A stretch of DNA of 64,000 nt from Bacteroidia bacterium (lineage in GTDB: Bacteria; Bacteroidota; Bacteroidia; UKL13-3): NCBI GenBank assembly GCA_044239605.1, contig JBIIBC010000003.1:154287-218286 (forward strand). The letters are read 5' to 3'. The notes beneath the pieces are model-generated. The model saw only the letters and a program-made list of their open reading frames with translations. It had not been told where the DNA came from and made no database searches. Positions 41,101 through 49,864 of the stretch are shown here, piece after piece; position 1 is the stretch's first letter, and each line of letters begins with the position of its first letter. The translations under genes and the position numbers were made by a program.

Positions 41101-41988
41101 GGCATCAACCCATTGTCCAAATACACAACTATCAATTGCATCTGTTCCGCGGTTAATGATCGTAGTTCTATAAAAAGTCATATTATTAACTTCATCATTG
41201 GTAGCAAAACCAAATGCTTGCAAACGGAACTCTAAATTTAATGGTAATCCCTGAGTTTCTGAATGTATGTTTCCTTTGTCGTTATAACAAATAAACATCA
41301 TTTGATCAGGTATAGAAGCCAAACCGTTTTCACCCTGATTGAAAGTAGGATAATCTCCATCATCAGAACTATAAATAAAATCATTATTTGCATCGAAGAA
41401 AGGCGCCAAAAATTTAGCTTCACCTACACCCCCGTTACCTGGCCAAGATGCGATATCAGCAGATGCTGCACCACCATTTTGGAAATTAGCAATTTCGGAA
41501 CGAGTTACAGTCCAAACCTTATCAAATTCTTTACATCTTGAAGCGGAAATAGCAGCAGAACCGTCAATTTGCAATGGACCAGGAAAAAAATCATTACCAG
41601 TTTGACGGTACGTTTGAGCGGCCAAGCGCAAGTTACCTTGTGTAATACCACCAATCCATAAGGCACCAGAGAATAATGAATTTTTGGCAACTTGACCAGT
41701 CTGAACCTTTGGAATCTCATAACGAGCATTACTTAAATTCCACCACATATCACCACCATTTAAAATAATAGTTCTAACATTATTAATAGACAGTTCTTTT
41801 TGCGCTGTTGCAGGAGCACAACCTGCACCCATTTTTGATAATGGGTTAGATTTTATATTTGGTAGAACATTAGAGGAATTCCCTCCAGATTTGCCTAAAC
41901 CAATATTTTCGCGGGCTTGTAAATTTAAACCTAAACTTAAAGCACTTAATACGAGTGTTGCTGTTTTTATATTTTTAAAGTTTAACAT
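38146..41988 (-). CDS. Large secreted protein with a variant T9SS type A-like CTD
   Basis: Signal peptide; LSINNVRT..LNGGDMWW, WVDADLG...DD, PADRRF; C-terminal VSPNPYY...VSIYT.SG.LVR...WDLRN...ISSGVYLIHI plus an RPADFDSF tail. Confidence 0.8.
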   Translation of the reverse strand: MLNFKNIKTATLVLSALSLGLNLQARENIGLGKSGGNSSNVLPNIKSNPLSKMGAGCAPATAQKELSINNVRTIILNGGDMWWNLSNARYEIPKVQTGQVAKNSLFSGALWIGGITQGNLRLAAQTYRQTGNDFFPGPLQIDGSAAISASRCKEFDKVWTVTRSEIANFQNGGAASADIASWPGNGGVGEAKFLAPFFDANNDFIYSSDDGDYPTFNQGENGLASIPDQMMFICYNDKGNIHSETQGLPLNLEFRLQAFGFATNDEVNNMTFYRTTIINRGTDAIDSCVFGQWVDADLGNYSDDYVECDVKRNLGICYNGDDNDEGILGYGLNPPSIGVNFFEGPLDEKGKQIGLTKFVYYDNNQSQQGNPSLPSHFWNYLNGRWKDGQNITYGGNGRGGSDTASYMFPGATDPSGRALWTERTSGNTPADRRFLQTAGSFILLPGAVNRVTIGVVWARATTGGATGSFNLLKEASDKATVLFKNNFKILRGPEFEDNSVKITELNRELILNIINPDKPESFSAKVAGLCADSTQYKFQGYQIFQLKVPATPSDFSDRDQIRLVAQCDIQDGIGFIVNTVNDADLGNVKKIMVSGEDKGVRHSFQITRDLFSVESDQTLVNYKNYHYLIIPYAAVGNCPQEALQYLAGSKPVIISATPHLPFGHQQGTELNSNFSSGPALTKIEGIGNAGNFINLSKQTIEEALSAPYYSRKPKYIEGQGPVTIKVINPFKVPLANFRLFINDSSVNTKITDSLARITSKWYIINTETGVKYLGKRNLVIENEQIFEELGLSVSVNQVAAPGDPNNNSDLSNGFVDATLTFSDATNPWLSGVPDGSVALPSFNWIRSGNTGTPEFTNLNEHDFFRSISGSKVAIDPRKQYSNMIGATWSPFELCAKAVKNGSVQASYGPGFSLTPNTNQVSEDNPLSSLQGVDVVFTNDKSKWTRCIVLEMGENKEQNIGNVSKGNIRASASVDKNGKPESGSFGLSWFPGYAINVETGERLNICFGEDSSLPDENGNDMIWNPTKNWFDRNSNGNIPAFGGKHHIYIMGAKELKVGNNVLFRGPRYDEGATYKTLLNVATPSEEPATLQKRYFLSQFMWVTIPVINQTSNLLSMADGLVPNEATVRIRVKRPYAKFTTNVDTPLVNGGQPLYEFNTNSIAPKINNSKAANKAMDMLNVSPNPYYAYSGYEDPGNALDNKVKIINTPKKCIVSIYTQSGFLVRRIPKDDDSKTYIEWDLRNDANVPISSGVYLIHIEAPGIGERIIKWFGVMRPADFDSF

Positions 41989-42005
41989 AAAATTATTTTT
42001 AATAA

Positions 42006-45000
42006 TTAAAACTGAACTGATACTCCAATGCGTGTTAAACGCGGTAATAAAAATCTATCTGGGTTAACCATCCTTGTATTATATAAGTCAACAAATGATT
42101 GTGCATTGGTTGCAGTTCTAATTTGATCTGCAGCAAATGGCGATGATAAGTATCCATCATTGTATGCACTACCTGTATATCTAAATACTCCTGTAACATT
42201 AGCAGCATTTAATAAATTGGTCATGGTAAAGAAAACACGCATTCTGTATTCTTTTACTCTTGCTCCTGCACGCTCATTTTTTATGGTAAAATTCTTATCA
42301 ATATTTAAATCAACGTTAAATTGTGCTGGTAAATTAGCTCCATTTGGAGTTCCTTTAATTGGACTTCTAGTTGCTGCACCACTTTGAACACCTGAAGGAG
42401 TTGATATTAAATCTTGCGTAAAAGGACGACCTGAAAAAGCAGAGAAAATAAAGTTAAATCCTGCATTCTCTAAAATTTTCTTACCTGCTACAATAGGACC
42501 ATCATATTTTTTACCTTCCTTGTAGTGGAAATCAAAATTTGTTTTAAATGTATGACGGGTATCGAAATCTAGAGGAAAAATTGTTCTAGTATTTGGCAAT
42601 CCTGCCTGAATTAAAGCCGTACTAGAGGCTACATTAGATCCTGTACCATCAGCAAACTGCAATTGGTAATTGGCATCTACATTTATATTACCCATATCAA
42701 TTAACTTATATTCTAAACCAACTGATTTAACAGTTGAAAAATCAATATTACCTACCGTTGTGTAGGTATTTGGCCAAGCTTGAATATAGCTGAATAATTG
42801 AGTCATATTTCTATTTTCACGATAAGAAGCAATAATTCCAACTGCTGAGTTTTTCCCAATTTGCTGACGGAAACCTATTTCATAATCTGTAACAGAGGTC
42901 ATTTTTAAATCCGGATTGGCAATTGTACCTGTTAATCTATTTGATAAGTAAAAATAATCATCAATTTGTGCCACATTACTACTTGGTCTCTGAGTTAAAA
43001 TATCATAGGTACCATAGAACTGTGAAGAAGTGCTAATAGGAAACGAGAACCATACACGAGGTAAAATTTTCACATCTGGTACATAATCTTTAAATGATTC
43101 TGCTGTAGGCGTTTTTGGATTTTTAGCATCCACCACATAAGGAATATTTTGGCTAGTACCTGCAGCACGTTGAATAGCCGCTGGATCAGAAATTGGGTTA
43201 CCATTTTTATCATACCATTTGTTTCCATCTCTATAACCTGCCACACCATATGATGATGTTGAACTAAAATTATCTGTATTGATATATACTTTCCAATTAT
43301 CCTTAACAATATCTGGAATTGCATCAGCTTTCATATTGGCTAAATTACCTTGACGTACCTCACCTGCTGTATAAATTGGAACCATTGAATAAGGGTCGCG
43401 CAATACCAATTGATTTGCATCAAAACGTTCAACACGAACACCAACTCTTAAAATTAAATCTTTGAATTGGAATTTATCTTGAATCCAAGCTGCTGCATAA
43501 ACTGGTTGATATGCTGGCAAAATTCTGTTTTTGAAAAATTCGTTGATACCTGGTTTACCTGTAACAACATTTCCTAAGTGATCGTATCCAAAATAACCAA
43601 TATATGAATTACCGTTATTCAATAATTCATTGGCAGAAAACATATTTAAGTTATATGTTCCTGGTGAATACGAATTTACATCCAAGAATGTTTGATCAGT
43701 AATAGCATTTCCATTATTATCAGTAGCACCTTGACTGATTAATTTAGCTCTTAAATTTTTATCGAACTCTGATTGGTCAGCAGCTACAATTCTACGGTTA
43801 AAGGTAATTGTATCTTGAAAAACACCATTCGCATCAAATTTAGCAGTTCCAATAGAGTCAAGACCCGAAAACTGACGATTTGCTAATAATGGCATTAACT
43901 GCCATAAATTTCCAGCTGATAAATTATAACTACGTTGAAAACGTTGTTCATAAGTTAATCCAAATTGTAAATTATGTTTAGCCTTCAAATTTCTTCTTGG
44001 TGCTACTGTTGCATTTGATTCTAGGTAAACAATATAATTTTCAAATAAATTCTTTGAATAACCTGTTTGAATATCGGCCAAATTACCCCACATTCCAGAA
44101 TAGATTGATATAGGATCATCACCATTACCTAAAGCTCCTAAGCCCCTAAGTGGAGAGAAATTATTAAAATTATTTGCACCATAATAATTAAGAAACGCTT
44201 GTGTATAATTACCTCTTAAAGTATTAAAATTAGCTTTTTGAAAGCGAAAAGCAGTATCTCTAAAACCTGTTTGACGAGTATAACCTGTCAAATACATTTT
44301 TCTTCCATCTTGTAATGTAATTGTATCAGCAGGTTGTCCGAAAGTTTTTCTAACAGTGGTATAGTTTGGTGCATTGTAAGTTTTAAAGTTGCCTACATAT
44401 CCATATTTAAATACATCTTTTCCATGATTGGCATCAAATGTTTCACTTGAATTACGCTCATAACTTACACGAACAGTATAATAAGCATCCGAAATTTTTA
44501 CTCCTTTGGTTATAGCCGCTTCTAATCTTGCTTTAGCAGTATCTTCCTTTTTATTAAACATTTGAGTAAACTGCAAATAAATTAATCCTCTATATCCCTG
44601 AGTAACAGAATTATTAGTGGAATTTAATAATGAATAATAACTACTCCAATTATTTTGTGAAAAGAATTGAGCTTGGTATCCCAATTTAAAGTTCATGTTA
44701 TTACTAGGTTGATAATTAAAATTACCACTTGTATTGATATTGTATGCTGCCACATTTTGGCGGTAATCTACTTTTTCTAAATCACCTTTTGTTAAAAACT
44801 CGGCAGCAGGAACTAAAGTTCCTAATGTATTTGGTCTTACAGGTGTAGCTTCAATTTCTTTCATTTTAGCATCTTTAACCTTGAAAACATCTACAGCTGG
44901 CAATCCTGGATCCAAAGAATAAAAACCTCTAACTGAATTAGTAAAACCAATTAGTACTTTTTCTCTTTCTCTGTTTCCTTTGTCTTTTAACATAATCGGA

Positions 45001-45773
45001 CCAGAAACGAAAGTAGTAAATTCGTTGGTATGTGAATTATCTAGATAGCCATAAAAAGGAGAGGCAGTTCTGAATTCCATAAAACGAACCCAATTTTTAG
45101 TTGGAGCTTTGGTAGTAGCACTGATAGCACCACCAGTAAAATCTCCATACGATGCAGGAGTTCCACCTGTAATTACTTCTAAATTTTCAATGGCATTAGC
45201 AGGAATATTGATTCCTGTTACACGCACTCCATCAATATAATAAGCAGTATTTTCAGCGCGAGAACCACGAATATTTGGAGCCCCTCCACCTCTAGAATCA
45301 ACACCACGGGAAATACCAGCAATGGCATTTAGGTTTTGTGTCCCTTGCTTATTTATGTTTTTAAAATTATTTTGATTTGGATCGTCTTTGTCAATCAATT
45401 GTACCTTATCTCTAACTACAAGTGTTCCCAAAGTATTGGCACTGCTTTGGCTCAAAGAAATTGTTCTTGAGGTAATTTTGTTGTCACCTTTTACAGGAAC
45501 ATCTTCTAGTTTTGCTTTTTGATAACCCGTAAATGAAACTGTAATATCATAATTACCTGATGGAATTGCTGTAAACTCAAACTCACCATCCTTATCGGTA
45601 GTTTTAGATTTTCTAATTCCTCCACCACCTTCAATGGTTACAACCGCGAAATCTATCGGCTTCTTGGTAACTCCGTCAATTACTTTACCATCCAATACTC
45701 CCAAGTTTGATTGGGCAGTAGCAATGGCAGAAAGGCCTATTAAGGCCGCTAATAATAAATATATCCTTCTCAT
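42006..45773 (-). CDS. TonB-dependent receptor-like protein with N-terminal carboxypeptidase-regulatory-like domain
   Basis: GKVIDG.T..PI.FA.V, IRGSR...TAYYIDGVRV, EVITGGTPASYGDFTGG plug motif, NPDLK, C-terminal PRLTRIGVSVQF. Confidence 0.85.
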   Translation of the reverse strand: MRRIYLLLAALIGLSAIATAQSNLGVLDGKVIDGVTKKPIDFAVVTIEGGGGIRKSKTTDKDGEFEFTAIPSGNYDITVSFTGYQKAKLEDVPVKGDNKITSRTISLSQSSANTLGTLVVRDKVQLIDKDDPNQNNFKNINKQGTQNLNAIAGISRGVDSRGGGAPNIRGSRAENTAYYIDGVRVTGINIPANAIENLEVITGGTPASYGDFTGGAISATTKAPTKNWVRFMEFRTASPFYGYLDNSHTNEFTTFVSGPIMLKDKGNREREKVLIGFTNSVRGFYSLDPGLPAVDVFKVKDAKMKEIEATPVRPNTLGTLVPAAEFLTKGDLEKVDYRQNVAAYNINTSGNFNYQPSNNMNFKLGYQAQFFSQNNWSSYYSLLNSTNNSVTQGYRGLIYLQFTQMFNKKEDTAKARLEAAITKGVKISDAYYTVRVSYERNSSETFDANHGKDVFKYGYVGNFKTYNAPNYTTVRKTFGQPADTITLQDGRKMYLTGYTRQTGFRDTAFRFQKANFNTLRGNYTQAFLNYYGANNFNNFSPLRGLGALGNGDDPISIYSGMWGNLADIQTGYSKNLFENYIVYLESNATVAPRRNLKAKHNLQFGLTYEQRFQRSYNLSAGNLWQLMPLLANRQFSGLDSIGTAKFDANGVFQDTITFNRRIVAADQSEFDKNLRAKLISQGATDNNGNAITDQTFLDVNSYSPGTYNLNMFSANELLNNGNSYIGYFGYDHLGNVVTGKPGINEFFKNRILPAYQPVYAAAWIQDKFQFKDLILRVGVRVERFDANQLVLRDPYSMVPIYTAGEVRQGNLANMKADAIPDIVKDNWKVYINTDNFSSTSSYGVAGYRDGNKWYDKNGNPISDPAAIQRAAGTSQNIPYVVDAKNPKTPTAESFKDYVPDVKILPRVWFSFPISTSSQFYGTYDILTQRPSSNVAQIDDYFYLSNRLTGTIANPDLKMTSVTDYEIGFRQQIGKNSAVGIIASYRENRNMTQLFSYIQAWPNTYTTVGNIDFSTVKSVGLEYKLIDMGNINVDANYQLQFADGTGSNVASSTALIQAGLPNTRTIFPLDFDTRHTFKTNFDFHYKEGKKYDGPIVAGKKILENAGFNFIFSAFSGRPFTQDLISTPSGVQSGAATRSPIKGTPNGANLPAQFNVDLNIDKNFTIKNERAGARVKEYRMRVFFTMTNLLNAANVTGVFRYTGSAYNDGYLSSPFAADQIRTATNAQSFVDLYNTRMVNPDRFLLPRLTRIGVSVQF

Positions 45774-45888
45774 GTAAATGTTTGTTACAAATTATTAATT
45801 GGATTGATTTTAAGAGCGTAAATTAAATGGGTTTTCTTCAATAAATCAAACATCACCCAAAATAGCCGCTCAAGTAATTTTATTGTGC

Positions 45889-46815
45889 TTATTTTAAGTC
45901 AGTTAATTTTAAGAGTATGGATTGCGCAATTTTTTCATAGCTCTCAAAAGTCCAACCGGCAATATGCGGTGATAAAACTACTTTTTTGTTGTTTATAAGG
46001 TAGTCAAAATCTTTTTGCTGCTGGTTGCTTAGATTATTTATTTTTTCATTTTCCAATACATCAAAACAAGCTCCTAATATTTTATTAACTTTAAGACAAT
46101 CAATTGTTTCAGGCATATTAACCACCTCTCCTCTACACATATTTAACAGGTAAATATTTTTTTTGAATTGTTTTAAAAAAGCTGAATTCACCCAATTTTT
46201 GGTTTCCAAATTTAGCGGAACATGAAGCGATAATATGTCACTTTCTTCAAAAATTTGCTCCAAAGTTGCCTCTTGTGCATTTTGGTTAGAATAATTTTCC
46301 AAATATTTATCATATGCCAAAATTTTAACCTCAAAACCGGCTAATTTTTTTGCAAATGCTTTTCCGGTATTTCCAAAACCAATAATTCCTACCGTTTTTC
46401 CATTCAATTCATAACCTCTGTTGCCTTCTCTATCCCAAATTTTATTTCTTACCTCAAAATCGGCTTTGGCTAAATTACGCATTAAACTTAAAAGCATACC
46501 CAAAGTATGTTCTCCCACAGCATCGGCATTGGCTTGCCCAGCGTTAAAACAACAAATTCCTCTTTGATTGGCTAACTCCAAATCAATATTGTCTAATCCG
46601 CTGCCTGCTCGCGCAATAATTTTTAAATTTGGGGCAGCCTGAAGAATTTCCTTATCAATTAAAGTTTTAGTTCGTACCACCAAAACCTCAAAAGGGGTAA
46701 TTATTTGTAAAATTTCACTTCTATTAACAACAGGCAAATAAGTTACTTTGTAACCTATTTTTTCTAATCCATCTATTAATAAGCTACTTACATCGTCAAT
46801 AATGAGTACTTTCAC
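45889..46815 (-). CDS. D-isomer 2-hydroxyacid dehydrogenase (SerA-like)
   Basis: ARAGSGLDNID, GIIGFGNTG, LNMCRG, FDVLENE, SPHIAG. Confidence 0.88.
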   Translation of the reverse strand: MKVLIIDDVSSLLIDGLEKIGYKVTYLPVVNRSEILQIITPFEVLVVRTKTLIDKEILQAAPNLKIIARAGSGLDNIDLELANQRGICCFNAGQANADAVGEHTLGMLLSLMRNLAKADFEVRNKIWDREGNRGYELNGKTVGIIGFGNTGKAFAKKLAGFEVKILAYDKYLENYSNQNAQEATLEQIFEESDILSLHVPLNLETKNWVNSAFLKQFKKNIYLLNMCRGEVVNMPETIDCLKVNKILGACFDVLENEKINNLSNQQQKDFDYLINNKKVVLSPHIAGWTFESYEKIAQSILLKLTDLK

Positions 46816-46974
46816 TGCTGCAATAAAGTTAATTTACCAAAGAAAAGAAATTGACTTAAAGCATATATCTGATAATCTACCATTTACAAAAAATGCCTGT
46901 TTGCAAATTTATTTTAGCCAACAATTTCTTAAAACATTTTTCACTGAAACGCTTTATTAAATTAAACAAATAAT

Positions 46975-47604
46975 ATGATTCAACTACTTGCTTCCGATTT
47001 TGAAAAACTAGAAAAACAAAAGCGCACTAATTTAATTAATTGCCTTTCGGGATTTAGGGCTGCAAATTTAATTGGCACTATTAATAATGGTGGAAAAAGT
47101 AACTTGGCTATATTTAACTCAGTTAATCATATTGGTGCCAATCCGCCATTAATGGGTTTTATTCAGAGACCAGCCGGTGTAGAAAGACATACTTATGAAA
47201 ACATAAAAAATACAGGATGTTTTACCATTAACCATGTAAACGAAAATATATACAAACAAGCCCATCAAACTGCTGCCAGATTTGAAGAAAATGAAAGCGA
47301 ATTTGAAAAAACTGGCCTAAACGAATTTTATTCCAACGTAATTAAAGCACCTTATGTGGCGGAAAGTTTGGTAAAAATAGGTTTAACTTTTGAAGAAGAA
47401 GTTTTGATTAAATCAAATAATACCATTTTAGTAATTGGCAGAGTGGTTGAACTTATAATTAACGAAGATTTTTTAACGGAAGAATACTTACTTGATTTAA
47501 GTAAAACCAAAAGCATAGCAATTCAAGGTTTGGAGACTTATTATAAAACCGAAAAAATTGCAACTTTGCCTTATGCTAAACCTGATTTGAATATTTTAAC
47601 TTAA
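46975..47604 (+). CDS. Flavin reductase (DIM6/NTAB) family protein
   Basis: NLINCLSG, NLAIFNSV.HIGANPP, RHTYENI. Confidence 0.87.
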   Translation: MIQLLASDFEKLEKQKRTNLINCLSGFRAANLIGTINNGGKSNLAIFNSVNHIGANPPLMGFIQRPAGVERHTYENIKNTGCFTINHVNENIYKQAHQTAARFEENESEFEKTGLNEFYSNVIKAPYVAESLVKIGLTFEEEVLIKSNNTILVIGRVVELIINEDFLTEEYLLDLSKTKSIAIQGLETYYKTEKIATLPYAKPDLNILT

Positions 47605-47673
47605 CCGAAAATATTTGCCAACATAATTTGAGTTAATTACTCTTATTTTTTTTAGCTAATATCGAAGCAAAAT

Positions 47674-48750
47674 ATGATTTTAGCTTTACGAATATTAGCT
47701 GCGCCTTTTGCGCTGATTTATGGGTTTATTTTATTTATACGAAACTGGTGTTACAGTACGGGATTATTGCCAGAAACATCTTTTGAACTGCCAATTATTA
47801 ATGTAGGTAATTTGGCTTTTGGCGGAACAGGAAAAACACCTCATATTGAATATTTAATAAAATTACTCAAACCTACCCAAAAAGTTGCTGTTTTAAGTCG
47901 AGGCTATAAACGCAAAACAATTGGTTATTTTTTTGCAACCAATGAAAGCAGCGCAATCGAAATTGGCGATGAGCCGAGACAAATAAAACAAAAATTTAAA
48001 GACGAAATTCATCTTGCCGTTAGCGAGAACAGAGTTATTGGCGTGCCAAACTTACTTTTTGATGCGGAGGATACAGATGTAATTTTATTGGATGATGCTT
48101 TTCAACACAGAGCTATCAAAGCAGGATTGAATATATTATTAACCGATTACCATAATTTATTTACCCAAGATTATTTAACTCCAGCAGGTACTTTACGAGA
48201 ATACAGAGCAGGCTACAAACGCGCTGATATTATTATAGTTACCAAATGTAGTCCTGATTTAGAGCAAACTGAAAAAGATAAAATTAAAGCTCAAATAAAA
48301 CCTTTAGCACACCAACAAGTATTTTTTAGCTATCAAAAATATGATGATTTGGTGCCTTATTTCAACCAAAACACTGAAGATCAAATAAATATACAAAATA
48401 CTGATATTCTGATGTTTAGTGGAATTGCTAAAGCCGATAGTTTTGAAAATTATTTGGAGCAAAATGCCCGTAAAGTATTAACTGCTTGGCGCTTTGGCGA
48501 TCATCATGATTTTACAAAGGAAGAAATTACCAAACTTTTAACTGAATTTGATAAATATGAATCTGAAAACAAAATATTGGTAAGTACCGAAAAAGATGCC
48601 ATGCGCTTGCAAACCGATGAGTTCAAAGATTTGCTAAAAAATTATCCTATTTATTATTTGCCTTTGCAAGTGGCATTTTTCGAAAATGATAAAGAAAAAT
48701 TTAACCAAACCATTTTAAATTATGTTGAACAAAATAAACGAAGCTACTAA
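47674..48750 (+). CDS. lpxK: Tetraacyldisaccharide 4'-kinase
   Basis: VGNLAFGGTGKTP, LSRGYKR, GDEP, LDDAFQH, F.DHH, TEKD. Confidence 0.95.
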   Translation: MILALRILAAPFALIYGFILFIRNWCYSTGLLPETSFELPIINVGNLAFGGTGKTPHIEYLIKLLKPTQKVAVLSRGYKRKTIGYFFATNESSAIEIGDEPRQIKQKFKDEIHLAVSENRVIGVPNLLFDAEDTDVILLDDAFQHRAIKAGLNILLTDYHNLFTQDYLTPAGTLREYRAGYKRADIIIVTKCSPDLEQTEKDKIKAQIKPLAHQQVFFSYQKYDDLVPYFNQNTEDQINIQNTDILMFSGIAKADSFENYLEQNARKVLTAWRFGDHHDFTKEEITKLLTEFDKYESENKILVSTEKDAMRLQTDEFKDLLKNYPIYYLPLQVAFFENDKEKFNQTILNYVEQNKRSY

Positions 48751-49525
48751 TTATATTTTATCAAAAACTGCCATAAAACCTGAAACTGGTATTATTTTAG
48801 GAACTGGTTTAGGTGCTTTGGTTAACGATTGCGAAGTGGTGAATACCATCAATTATGAGGATATTCCACATTTTCCTATAAGCACAGTTGAAAGCCATAA
48901 AGGCAAACTAATTTCTGGCTATTTAAATAAAAAACCGGTGATAATTATGCAAGGTAGGTTTCATTATTACGAAGGTTACAGCATGCAAGAAGTTACTTTT
49001 CCGGTAAGGGTTTTAAAATTTTTAGGCATAAATAAATTATTGATAAGCAATGCTGCTGGTGGACTGAACCGAAATTATCAAGTAAGCGAACTGATGCTGA
49101 TAAACGACCATATCAATTTAATGCCCGAATCGCCATTAAGAGGAAAACATTACCGCGAGTTTGGAGATAGATTTCCTGATATGTGCGAACCATACAGTAA
49201 AACATTGCGCCAGCAAGCTTTAAACATTGCCGCGCAAAATAATATTATCTTACATGAAGGTTGTTATGCTTCGGTACAAGGACCTGCTTTAGAAACCAAA
49301 GCTGAGTATAAAATGCTTAGCATAATGGGTGCTGATGCAGTAGGAATGAGCACCGTGCCCGAAGTTTTGGTGGCTGTGCAAATGAAATTAGCAGTTTGTG
49401 CCATTTCGGTTATTACCGATTTAGGATTTCCTGAAACTTTAAAACCAGTAAGTTTAGAAAAAATAATTGCGGCCGCCAACAAAGCTGAACCGCAATTAAG
49501 TAAATTATTTATGGAATTGGTGTAG
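48722..49525 (+). CDS. punA: Purine-nucleoside phosphorylase (trimeric family)
   Basis: IILGTGLG, GRFHYYEG, NAAGG, DHIN, GP.LET.AE, GADAVGMST. Confidence 0.92.
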   Translation: MLNKINEATNYILSKTAIKPETGIILGTGLGALVNDCEVVNTINYEDIPHFPISTVESHKGKLISGYLNKKPVIIMQGRFHYYEGYSMQEVTFPVRVLKFLGINKLLISNAAGGLNRNYQVSELMLINDHINLMPESPLRGKHYREFGDRFPDMCEPYSKTLRQQALNIAAQNNIILHEGCYASVQGPALETKAEYKMLSIMGADAVGMSTVPEVLVAVQMKLAVCAISVITDLGFPETLKPVSLEKIIAAANKAEPQLSKLFMELV

Positions 49526-49864
49526 TAAGTTTTAATTTTTCGACAATACATAAGGTGTTCATGTACTTTTTTAAACGGTTGATTCCGAAGGAATCTCGAT
49601 TGTTTGGGTAGCATTATACAATTATCTAAATTATTGGCTTTACAAAGAAGTTACTCTTTGCAATGCAACTGAAAAACAATAAAGTAACAACATTTTTTTG
49701 CGCAGTAAATGCATTAAATACATTTATTTAATAAATAAGCATCAATTTTTATTTCAATTCTTATAAATATAATTTAGAATTTTTCGTTTAAAAAACTAAG
49801 TTGGTGTTTTAATTCAGAACTCCTATTTTCGCACGATTTTTAAAATTAGAGACAAAAAGAAAGA

